DNA of 24,000 nt from Pyrinomonadaceae bacterium (GCA_041394845.1 JAWKHL010000001.1:464116-488115), one strand, 5' to 3'. Shown: positions 1 to 6,590, counted from the stretch's first letter. A program made the numbers and translations. The notes: generated by a model not told the origin, from the sequence alone.

Positions 1-461
1 ACAAGGCTTCCGGCCAACTGGACGAGTCCCGTTCCGACCAAATTGCGGATGCCCTCGGCGTCGTTCATGATCCGCGAGATGAGCTGTCCGCTCTGGGTCG
101 AATCGAAATAGGCGACCGGGAGTTTTTCGATCCGGGCCTGCACCTTTTTGCGCATCTCGGTGATCGCCCTTTGAGCGGCGATGCCAAGGATCTGCGACAG
201 GGCAAAGGACGTGACGGCCTGGATCAAGGTGGCCGAGCCGATGGCCAGCGCGATCCATTTCAGAAGTTCGTACCGCTCCTTGCCGATCACCTCGTCGATC
301 AGAAATTTCGAGGACGCCGGCAAAACCATCCCCGAAAGCTGGCTGATGAGCATCAAAACGCCGCCGAGCGCCAGACGCCAGCGATAATCCCAGACTATTT
401 TGCGCGCCTCTTTCCAGGCGCTCGAATAATTTACCTTTTTCTTTTTTTTCTCTTCTGCCAC
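1..461 (-). CDS. ABC exporter (type-I, MsbA-like) N-terminal transmembrane domain; 5' part of a gene that continues past the left edge
   Basis: Own translation of the minus strand from GTG at 461-459 (2 nt after the Rrf2 stop): VAEEKKKKKVNYSSAWKEARKIVWDYRWRLALGGVLMLISQLSGMVLPASSKFLIDEVIGKERYELLKWIALAIGSATLIQAVTSFALSQILGIAAQRAITEMRKKVQARIEKLPVAYFDSTQSGQLISRIMNDAEGIRNLVGTGLVQLAGSL, open to the window edge. Hydrophobic helices followed by the pattern FDxxxxGxLxSRxxxDxxxI are typical of ABC exporter TMDs. It is absent from the ORF track because it has no in-window stop. The exact start is uncertain. Confidence 0.7.
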   Translation of the reverse strand, partial: MAEEKKKKKVNYSSAWKEARKIVWDYRWRLALGGVLMLISQLSGMVLPASSKFLIDEVIGKERYELLKWIALAIGSATLIQAVTSFALSQILGIAAQRAITEMRKKVQARIEKLPVAYFDSTQSGQLISRIMNDAEGIRNLVGTGLVQLAGSL

Positions 462-463
462 TT

Positions 464-916
464 TTATTTTTCCTCAAAACAGCCCGTTTCGATCAGCCGT
501 GTGCGGACCCTTTTCATAACGTCGGCCAGAGTGATGGATCTGAGTTTTTTGATCAGATCGTCCTCGGCTTCCTGCAAAACCTCGGCGATGACCGGGCGGA
601 CGGTGATCCCCATTTTGCATTCGTGTTCCTGATCGAGAACCGGAACCTGAAAGAGCGAGCCTTCTTCGAGCGCCAGATAAATATCGGCCAGAGTGATCTC
701 TTCGGGCGAACGGGTCAGGCTCGAACCTCCGCCCGCACCCATCCGCACCTCGACCAGATCGTGTTTGACCAGTGAGCCGATGATGCGCCGGATGACGACC
801 GAATTGGTGCTGACGCTTTCGGCGATTTTTTCCGACGTCACGCACCCGCTTTCCGCCATCGCGGCCAGCATCCCGGCCGTGTGTATTGCAATTGCCAATC
901 TGGAGTTCGAAGCCAT
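464..916 (-). CDS. Rrf2-family winged-helix transcriptional regulator
   Basis: 150-aa ORF. MASNSRLAIAIHTAGMLA...VTSEKIAESVSTNSVVIRRIIGSLVKHDLVEVRMGAGGGSSL matches the Rrf2 N-terminal wHTH layout. By eye it lacks the three closely spaced Cys of Fe-S-binding IscR/NsrR members. Confidence 0.85.
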   Translation of the reverse strand: MASNSRLAIAIHTAGMLAAMAESGCVTSEKIAESVSTNSVVIRRIIGSLVKHDLVEVRMGAGGGSSLTRSPEEITLADIYLALEEGSLFQVPVLDQEHECKMGITVRPVIAEVLQEAEDDLIKKLRSITLADVMKRVRTRLIETGCFEEK

Positions 917-921
917 TTTCA

Positions 922-973
922 GTCTGTAATCAATTTGGTTACACTTAGGTCTGTAACAAGACTAGTTACACTT
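922..973. promoter_or_regulatory. Two tandem 25-bp direct repeats, each containing the dyad TGTAA-N9-TTACA; candidate Rrf2 operator pair
   Basis: GTCTGTAATCAATTTGGTTACACTT (922-946) and GTCTGTAACAAGACTAGTTACACTT (949-973). The outer 8 and 9 nt are identical and the repeats are 27 bp apart. They begin 6 nt upstream of the Rrf2 ATG. Confidence 0.4.
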
Positions 974-1022
974 GTGCCGTTTGTCAAGTCGGTACCGCGA
1001 GCGATAGCGACCGGGTCGGCTT

Positions 1023-1967
1023 TTACCAAGTCGCCACCGCTTCTTGTTCTGATTTTGCGAAAACCCTCTTGACGGCGCGGATCGTGTTGCAGTGAATGTC
1101 GACCGTGTCGCGGATGTCTTTGGCGTAACCGCCGCTCATCGTTGTTACGATGGGCACGCCGTGTTCTCTGGCGTATTGCAGGACCATCTCGTCGCGCCGC
1201 ATCAAACCGGCCTTGGTCAATGAGAGGCGGCCGAGTTTGTCGTTCTCGAAAGGGTCCGCGCCGCCGAGGTAGAAAACCAGATCGGGATCGTGCAGAAAGA
1301 TCCGGGGCAAAGCCTCGCTCAGAGTTTCCAGATATTCTTCATCGCCGGTTCCGTCCGGCAGTTCGATATCGAGATTCGAGATTTCCTTGAAAAGCGGGTA
1401 ATTTTTCGCTCCGTGCATTGAGAATGTAAAGACCTCGCTTTCATCTCGGAAAATAAAGGCCGTGCCGTTGCCCTGATGAACGTCGCAATCGACGATCAGA
1501 AATTTTCGGGCCGATCGCTCCCTCTGCAAAACCCGGATGGCGACCGCAACATCGTTGAGGACGCAGAAACCCTCGCCGCGATCGGGAAAAGCGTGATGAG
1601 TGCCGCCGGCCAGATTTGACGAAACTCCGGCTTCCAACGCGTGAAAAGAAGCGTTGATCGTGCCCGATACGGCCAGAAATGTCCGCCGGACGAGCGATTC
1701 GGACCACGGCAGACCGAGCCGGCGAACTTCTTTTTTATGAAGAGTTCCGGCCCGAAGCCTGGTCACATAATCCTCGGTGTGAACGAGCGTTAAATCGGCA
1801 AATTCGGCGGGCTGAGGTTCGATCACTTCTTCGGGGCCGATGGTCCCCTCGGCCAGCAGAATGTCGCGGACGAGTTCGAATTTTTTGATCGGAAAAACGT
1901 GCCCCTCACCGATGTCGGCGTAATAATGGGGCGAGTAGAAGAGTCTGTAATCTTTGGCTGGCATCAA
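1023..1967 (-). CDS. Histone deacetylase / acetoin-utilisation (HDAC/AcuC) family zinc deacetylase
   Basis: 314-aa ORF containing GGTHHAFPDRGEGFCVLNDVAVA, DCDVHQGNGT and YLGGADPFENDKLG, which are the HDAC-family catalytic His pair, Asp/His zinc ligands and C-terminal Gly-rich loop. Confidence 0.85.
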   Translation of the reverse strand: MMPAKDYRLFYSPHYYADIGEGHVFPIKKFELVRDILLAEGTIGPEEVIEPQPAEFADLTLVHTEDYVTRLRAGTLHKKEVRRLGLPWSESLVRRTFLAVSGTINASFHALEAGVSSNLAGGTHHAFPDRGEGFCVLNDVAVAIRVLQRERSARKFLIVDCDVHQGNGTAFIFRDESEVFTFSMHGAKNYPLFKEISNLDIELPDGTGDEEYLETLSEALPRIFLHDPDLVFYLGGADPFENDKLGRLSLTKAGLMRRDEMVLQYAREHGVPIVTTMSGGYAKDIRDTVDIHCNTIRAVKRVFAKSEQEAVATW

Positions 1968-2019
1968 ATGAGATTATGCCATTTGTGCGGGATTATGTGA
2001 ATGAACAGCCTTCAAAAAG

Positions 2020-2150
2020 GCGGGCGCTGGCGCAACCCTTTCTGACCTGAAACATGTTATAAGATATTTCCTGTGAAACTCACTCCATTTAACAGTTAAA
2101 AAGAGCCGATAACAAAATAACAGGTGGGGAAGGGTTGCGCCAACGCCCGC
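2020..2150. repeat. 21-bp GC-rich inverted repeat (20/21 match) flanking an 89-bp AT-rich core
   Basis: GCGGGCGCTGGCGCAACCCTT (2020-2040) versus AAGGGTTGCGCCAACGCCCGC (2130-2150). Lies between the E1-fusion stop and the HDAC start. Confidence 0.6.
2087..2115 (-). promoter_or_regulatory. Sigma-70-like promoter TTGTTA-N17-TTAAAT, inside the core of the inverted repeat, reading toward the HDAC gene
   Basis: Minus strand: TTGTTA (2115-2110), 17-nt spacer, TTAAAT (2092-2087). The same -10 hexamer occurs in the promoter at 5681-5709. Confidence 0.4.
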
Positions 2151-2181
2151 TTCTTTACAATTCGCTCAATAAAAATTCGCT

Positions 2182-3633
2182 CTAATATTTCGGCACATCC
2201 CGATCGACCTCATCGGACCAGGCCGCGATGCCGCCTTTTAGATTGATCAGGCGTCCGGTGTAACCCGCATTTTTCAGATCCCGGATCGCTTTGGCGCTGC
2301 GGACGCCGCCTTTGCAATGGATGACGGCGGTGCGCGACGGGTCGATCTCTTTGGCGCGGGCGACCACCTGGCCGAGCGGGATCAGTTTCGTTCCCTCGAT
2401 CCGGGCGATCTCATATTCGTGCGGTTCGCGGACGTCGATCACCTGAAGCTCGCCGTTGTCGGTCATCAGATGGTTTAATTGGGTCGCCGTGATCTCCTCC
2501 AGTTCGGTCGTTTCATCCGGCAGATTGAGCCCGCAGAACTCTTCGTAATCGATCAGTTCCTTAACGCTCGGGTTCTCGCCGCAGACCGGACAATCGGGGT
2601 TTTTCTTCAGTTTCAGCTCGCGAAAACGCATCTTCCAGGCGTCGAAAAGCAAAAGCCGGTTGAGCAGGATCCCATCGGCGCCCAGAATCACCTTGATCAC
2701 TTCGTTGGCCTGGATCGTTCCGACGATGCCCGGCAGAACGCCTAAGACTCCGCCCTCGGCGCAGGAGGGAACCAGACCGGGCGGCGGCGGTTCCGGGTAA
2801 AGACAGCGGTAACAGGCTCCGCGTTCGGCCCAGAAAACGCTGGCCTGACCTTCGAAACGGAAGATCGAGCCGTAAACGTTCGGTTTGCCCGTCAGCACCG
2901 AAGCGTCGTTGACCAGATAGCGGGTCGGGAAGTTGTCCGTTCCGTCGACGATGACGTCGAACTCCTTAAACAGTTCGAGCGCGTTTTCGCTCGTCAGACG
3001 CGTTTCGAAAGCCTCGACCCGCGTGTTCGGGTTGATGTCCAGCAGGCGTTCGCGGGCCGATTCGATCTTCGGCCGGCCGACGTCTTTCGTGCCGTGAATG
3101 ATCTGTCTCTGGAGGTTCGATTCGTCGACCACGTCGAAATCGACGACGCCGAGAGCCCCGATTCCGGCGGCCGTCAGATAAAGCCCGAGCGGCGATCCCA
3201 GACCGCCCGTGCCGATCATCAGCACGCGGGCCGCCTTTAATTTGCGCTGGCCCTCCAAGCCGACTTCCGGCAGGATCAGATGCCGCGAATAACGGGCGTA
3301 TTCTTCGGTCGAAAGCTCCGGCAGACCGGTTTCGGCTGTGGCCTCTCCGGCGGCCCGGTTTCCACCGGCGATCGACGGCACGATCAGAATCTCGTTGCCG
3401 CTTTTGACCTCGGTCTCCAGACCGTTCAGATCGCGGATGTCCTCGTCGCCGACGTAAACGTTGACGAAATTCCGCAGATTGTTCTGGTCGTTGTACAGAT
3501 GTTTTTTGAGATCGCCGAACTGCGCCGTCAGTTTTTCCAGCGCCTCGCCGGCCGTCCCGGCCTCGATCTCAACCTCCGAATTGCCCCCGGCAAACTGCCG
3601 GAGCGGGGTCGGAATGACTATTGTTATTGGCAT
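2182..3633 (-). CDS. Fusion protein: ThiS/MoaD/CysO-like ubiquitin-fold sulfur carrier (ends GG) + ThiF/MoeB E1-like adenylyltransferase + rhodanese (MoeZ-like)
   Basis: ORF track gives 2182-3771, but the first 46 codons read through the GGTGATG repeat. The ATG at 3633 has AAGGGAG about 10 nt upstream. Residues 1-91 (MPITIVIPTPLRQFAGG...GNEILIVPSIAGG) form a beta-grasp carrier ending in GG (codons 3366-3361). Then come RYSRHLILPEVG...MIGTGGLGSP (E1 ATP loop), CYRC...CPVC (zinc motif) and a C-terminal rhodanese with the HCKGGVRS active-site loop. Confidence 0.85.
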   Translation of the reverse strand: MPITIVIPTPLRQFAGGNSEVEIEAGTAGEALEKLTAQFGDLKKHLYNDQNNLRNFVNVYVGDEDIRDLNGLETEVKSGNEILIVPSIAGGNRAAGEATAETGLPELSTEEYARYSRHLILPEVGLEGQRKLKAARVLMIGTGGLGSPLGLYLTAAGIGALGVVDFDVVDESNLQRQIIHGTKDVGRPKIESARERLLDINPNTRVEAFETRLTSENALELFKEFDVIVDGTDNFPTRYLVNDASVLTGKPNVYGSIFRFEGQASVFWAERGACYRCLYPEPPPPGLVPSCAEGGVLGVLPGIVGTIQANEVIKVILGADGILLNRLLLFDAWKMRFRELKLKKNPDCPVCGENPSVKELIDYEEFCGLNLPDETTELEEITATQLNHLMTDNGELQVIDVREPHEYEIARIEGTKLIPLGQVVARAKEIDPSRTAVIHCKGGVRSAKAIRDLKNAGYTGRLINLKGGIAAWSDEVDRDVPKY

Positions 3634-3662
3634 GATATTATTGCTCCCTTGTTTGTAAATTT

Positions 3663-3800
3663 GGTGATGGGTGATGGGTGATAGGTGATGGGAAAAAACA
3701 CTTGATAAATAATCGGTAAACGATGATTGAAAAGGGGAATAGTTAAATCCTTCAATCCCATCACCCATCACCCATCACCCATCACCCATCATTCATCACC
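3663..3800. repeat. Heptamer-built inverted repeat (units GGTGATG/GGTGATA); arms 3663-3692 and 3757-3800, 64-nt spacer
   Basis: The left arm GGTGATGGGTGATGGGTGATAGGTGATGGG is complementary to the right arm CCCATCACC(C)ATCACCCATCACCCATCACC at 29/30 positions in register. The right arm overlaps the last codons and stop of the JAMM gene. Confidence 0.8.
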
Positions 3801-4207
3801 TCTTCCTCATTAAACCTCGAACGATCCGCCTCCATCTCCCACGAACGGACGTCGGCGGCTTTGCCGTTCAAAACCGAAACGATTATGTATGACCAGACCG
3901 GCAGGGCGTGATCCAGATCGAACTGCGACGGGACGGCCCTGTCGTTCGGGTGCGAGTGATAATAGCCGATGACGTCGAGTTTTTTCTCCCGCGCGTGGCG
4001 TTCGGCCCGGAGAACGTCTTTCGGCAGGATCAAAACGCGGTTGTGCCGTTCCGATTCTTCCATGGCGTTTTCCATCGGCAAAAGTTCGACCACCTCTTTT
4101 CGTCCGTCCTCAAACCGACCGATCAGCATCCCGCCGCATTCGTGCGGAAAAGTGCTTTCGCCGTGCCGTTCGATCTGTTCGATCAATTTGTTGTTTATCG
4201 AAATCAT
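3782..4207 (-). CDS. JAMM/MPN+ zinc metalloprotease (Mec+/HcyD-like)
   Basis: 141-aa ORF. ECGGMLIG ... HSHPNDRAVPSQFD is the complete E...HxHx7Sx2D JAMM motif. Confidence 0.85.
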   Translation of the reverse strand: MISINNKLIEQIERHGESTFPHECGGMLIGRFEDGRKEVVELLPMENAMEESERHNRVLILPKDVLRAERHAREKKLDVIGYYHSHPNDRAVPSQFDLDHALPVWSYIIVSVLNGKAADVRSWEMEADRSRFNEEEVMNDG

Positions 4208-4216
4208 ATTTTTGGT

Positions 4217-4296
4217 AATAATTGATAACGGAAAATGGATAATGGTGTTTTTTGCTCGAAAGATCTCTCATTATCCGTTATCCATCATCAATTATT
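4217..4296. repeat. Imperfect inverted repeat built from GATAAT/GGATAAC-type units; arms 4217-4244 and 4269-4296, 24-nt loop
   Basis: AATAATTGATAACGGAAAATGGATAATG versus CATTATCCGTTATCCATCATCAATTATT, about 24/28 complementary by eye. Fills the gap between the MetY-like stop (4296-4298) and the JAMM ATG (4207). Confidence 0.7.
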
Positions 4297-5483
4297 CATT
4301 TTAAGACCGCTTGCTCGATGTCGGCGATGATGTCTCCGATGTCTTCGATGCCGACCGAGATTCTGATCAATCCTTCCGAAATTCCAAGAGCGGCGCGGCG
4401 TTTCGGCGAGAGTTCACGGTGCGAACTCGTGGCCGAGTGCGAAACCAGCGTGTAAATGTCGCCGAGACTGGTTGCGCGGACCGCCAGTTTCAGATTGTCC
4501 ATCAGGCGAAAGGCCGCCTCGCGCGTGTCGTCTTTCAGTTTGATCGAGACCAGAGCTCCGCCGTGTGGATCGCGTAAAACTTTTTTTGTCAACTCTTTAT
4601 CGTCCGTTAATAGAGGATGATAAACCCTTTCGATCCGATCGTTTCCGGTCAGAGTCCCGGCCAGAATCTTTGCGTTCGAGCATTGCCTTTCGAGCCTCAA
4701 ACCGAGCGTTTTGACGCCGCGCAAAATCTGATGCGCCTCCCAGACGCTCAAAACCCCTCCGACCAGTTTCATCACGCCGACCAGATTTGGCCGGTCGAAT
4801 TCCTCGTTCGAGATGACGATCCCGCCCAGCGAATCGGCGTGTCCGCCCAGATACTTGGTCGCCGAATGGACAGAAAAATCCGCGCCCAGAGTCAAAGGCC
4901 GACACAGATAGGGCGAGGCGAACGTGTTGTCAACGATCAGGCGCGCGCCCGATTCGTGGGCGATTTCGGCGACCGCTTCGATGTCGCAGATCTTAAGCAG
5001 CGGATTGGAGATGGTTTCCGCCAAAAGCACACGCGGTTTCGTTTCCCTGGCCTCATCGCGCAAACGGTCTAAATCGTTAAAGTCGGCCGTCCGGGTTTTT
5101 ATTCCGAACGAGCCGAAGATCTTGCCCAGCAGATCGAACGACGCGCCGTAAAGATCCTGCGAGGCCAGAACGACCGCACCCGGTGCGAGTTCGCAGGCCG
5201 AAAGCGCCGCGTGAATGGCCGCCATTCCCGAAGCGTAGGCGACGGCGAATTTTCCATCTTCGATCGCCGCCAGAGATTCTTCGAGCGCCGCCACGGTCGG
5301 GTTTCCGTAGCGGGAATAAACGTAATCGCCGCCCTCACCGGCGAAAACCGCGTCCATCTGTTCCATCGAATCGTAAGTGTAAGTCGCCGTCGCATAGATC
5401 GGCGTCGCAACCGGTCTCCCGACCGGTCTCGCCCGCCTTTCCCCCGCGTGAACAAGTTTTGTGTTGATCGAAAATTCGCTCAT
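4296..5483 (-). CDS. Cys/Met-metabolism PLP-dependent enzyme (MetB/MetZ/MetY family: O-acylhomoserine sulfhydrylase or cystathionine gamma-synthase)
   Basis: ORF track gives 4296-5513, but the first 10 codons read through the GGATT repeat, so the ATG at 5483 is more likely. Contains NTKLVHAGE, ASGMAAI and FSVHSATKYLGGHADSLGG (the S-x-T-K PLP-lysine motif of this family). The subfamily cannot be resolved by eye. Confidence 0.85.
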   Translation of the reverse strand: MSEFSINTKLVHAGERRARPVGRPVATPIYATATYTYDSMEQMDAVFAGEGGDYVYSRYGNPTVAALEESLAAIEDGKFAVAYASGMAAIHAALSACELAPGAVVLASQDLYGASFDLLGKIFGSFGIKTRTADFNDLDRLRDEARETKPRVLLAETISNPLLKICDIEAVAEIAHESGARLIVDNTFASPYLCRPLTLGADFSVHSATKYLGGHADSLGGIVISNEEFDRPNLVGVMKLVGGVLSVWEAHQILRGVKTLGLRLERQCSNAKILAGTLTGNDRIERVYHPLLTDDKELTKKVLRDPHGGALVSIKLKDDTREAAFRLMDNLKLAVRATSLGDIYTLVSHSATSSHRELSPKRRAALGISEGLIRISVGIEDIGDIIADIEQAVLK

Positions 5484-5535
5484 AAATCCAATCCAATCCA
5501 ATCCAAAATCCAAAATCCGAAATCCAAAATCAAAA
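5484..5535 (-). repeat. Single-arm tandem array of GGATTTT/GGATT units (sense RNA) abutting the MetY-like start codon
   Basis: Minus-strand reading: TTTTGATTTTGGATTTCGGATTTTGGATTTTGGATTGGATTGGATTGGATTT followed directly by ATG. No inverted partner nearby. Confidence 0.8.
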
Positions 5536-5568
5536 GGCTCTCGCGCTAAAGTCTTTAGCGCGAGAGCC
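5530..5568 (-). terminator. Intrinsic terminator in the leader of the MetY-like gene (perfect 15-bp stem flanked by an A-run and a U-run)
   Basis: GGCTCTCGCGCTAAAG-TC-TTTAGCGCGAGAGCC (5536-5568). On the minus-strand RNA it is followed by UUUUGAUUUUGG. About 50 nt upstream of the ATG at 5483. Confidence 0.7.
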
Positions 5569-5680
5569 TTTTACAAAAAATTTTCTCTGCGGTTCTTTAG
5601 CAGTTTTTAACGTGGAGCAAGTTATCCTTAAATCGCCACGCCGAAACTCTTTCATTTGAGTTTCATGTCAATAAACGGCA
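5569..5680 (-). promoter_or_regulatory. Structured 5' leader; candidate riboswitch aptamer (SAM-II/SAM-V-like impression, unverified)
   Basis: Minus-strand RNA has hairpin GAAACUC-AAAUGAAA-GAGUUUC (5664-5643), then CGUGGCGAUUUAAGGAUAACUUGCUCCACGUUAAAAACUGCUAAAG (5640-5595). In the second element a CGUGG/CCACG stem encloses a U/A-rich loop with CUUGC, and the 3' tail GCUAAAG could pair with that loop as a pseudoknot. Confidence 0.35.
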
Positions 5681-5709
5681 ATTTAACAATTTGCCCGAAA
5701 GCGTGTCAA
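5681..5709 (-). promoter_or_regulatory. Sigma-70-like promoter TTGACA-N17-TTAAAT for the MetY-like/JAMM/E1 transcription unit
   Basis: Minus strand: TTGACA (5709-5704), exact 17-nt spacer, TTAAAT (5686-5681). Confidence 0.55.
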
Positions 5710-5765
5710 GCCGGGTTGATTCCAAATGGAGATTCATTTTGCTTTTAATCTTCAACGAGCGCCCG

Positions 5766-6143
5766 TCAGCAGGTCGAGTGAAACAGTCCTCCGACCGGCG
5801 TGTCTTCGGCGAGTTTGTTATAGAGTTCGACGGCCGCGCGGGTTTCTTCGACATGAACCGGGATCCCGCGCTGGCGCAGAAGATCGAGGGTTTCGGGGCA
5901 GGTCTGAAGAACAAGTTCCATGCCGCGGGTAAGGACGATGACCTGACTGCCGTGATCGAGAAGTTCCTCGACATCGGCGGGCTGAATTCCGGGCACATGC
6001 CGCGTTCCTGTCTCGCTCCAGTCCCAGTCGCGACCTCCGCCGGGATAAAGTTTGAAATCTTTTCCGAGGCCGAGCCCTTCGACTTCCATTCTTCCCCAGG
6101 AAATATGCGTAATGCGCGGTGAGCGCCCCTTTAATTCATTCAT
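5766..6143 (-). CDS. Mth938-like (DUF498/AAMDC-like) domain protein
   Basis: 125-aa ORF with a strong SD (AAGGAAGG) upstream of the ATG at 6143. ITHISWGRMEV...DFKLYPGG...WDWSETGTRHVPGIQPADVEELL...VIVLTRGM resembles the Mth938 domain family. Recognised from memory only. Confidence 0.65.
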   Translation of the reverse strand: MNELKGRSPRITHISWGRMEVEGLGLGKDFKLYPGGGRDWDWSETGTRHVPGIQPADVEELLDHGSQVIVLTRGMELVLQTCPETLDLLRQRGIPVHVEETRAAVELYNKLAEDTPVGGLFHSTC

Positions 6144-6157
6144 TTTGCCTTCCTTTA

Positions 6158-6355
6158 CTACTTTTCTTTAACCAACATCCTCTCAAAATGTTCCCGCGAA
6201 TCTGCGACAGACAATTCTTCCTTTGGATTCATACCGATGAATGGAAGAAGGACAATTCTGCCGTCAGGTGAAAAATCCAACATTTCACCTCCTCCGCTCG
6301 CGGCAAAATCCAGATAATCCGGGCAAATTCGGACGCCAAATGGTCTTTGTTGCAT
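6158..6355 (-). CDS. Hypothetical small protein (65 aa)
   Basis: ORF ends 14 nt before the Mth938-like ATG and has ordinary amino-acid composition. No clear SD and no recognisable motif. Confidence 0.35.
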   Translation of the reverse strand: MQQRPFGVRICPDYLDFAASGGGEMLDFSPDGRIVLLPFIGMNPKEELSVADSREHFERMLVKEK

Positions 6356-6420
6356 TTAGGAAATCAGATCCTTTGGTTGAGGAGGCGTTCTTTTGGTTTC
6401 CTGGAATTTCACTGGTTCAA

Positions 6421-6466
6421 GTTGTTGATAATAATCAAAGCTTTGATTATTATCAACAACTTTTTT
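6421..6466. repeat. Perfect 40-bp palindrome followed by T6
   Basis: GTTGTTGATAATAATCAAAG|CTTTGATTATTATCAACAAC (6421-6460), then TTTTTT (6461-6466). Each half contains the Fur/Zur-box-like TGATAATAATCA. Confidence 0.8.
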
Positions 6467-6523
6467 ACAGGAAAAAAGTCGATCGGCACGCTCTTAAATT
6501 GTCAAAGAACCATTGGAATTTGA

Positions 6524-6590
6524 GATTTGGGATTTGGGATTGCGGATTTTCTGGCAATCGAGCCAAATCCGCAATCCGCAATCCCAAATC
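6524..6590. repeat. Heptamer-built inverted repeat (units GGGATTT/GCGGATT); arms 6524-6549 and 6565-6590, 15-nt loop
   Basis: GATTTGGGATTTGGGATTGCGGATTT versus AAATCCGCAATCCGCAATCCCAAATC, 24/26 complementary. The right arm overlaps the cysteine synthase stop codon (6589-6591). Confidence 0.8.

Noticed and set aside
171-632. Plus-strand ORFs of 153 aa and 68 aa at the left end
   Set aside because: They are antisense to the well-supported ABC exporter and Rrf2 genes. The translations are low-complexity (R/G/P/S-rich) with no recognisable motif.
5530-5655. Leader-peptide attenuation for the MetY-like gene (41-codon ORF MKEFRRGDLRITCSTLKTAKEPQRKFFVKGSRAKDFSARAF and a 4-codon ORF)
   Set aside because: Neither ORF is enriched in Met (or Cys) codons, and the longer ORF runs straight through the terminator. 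A riboswitch-type leader is more plausible.
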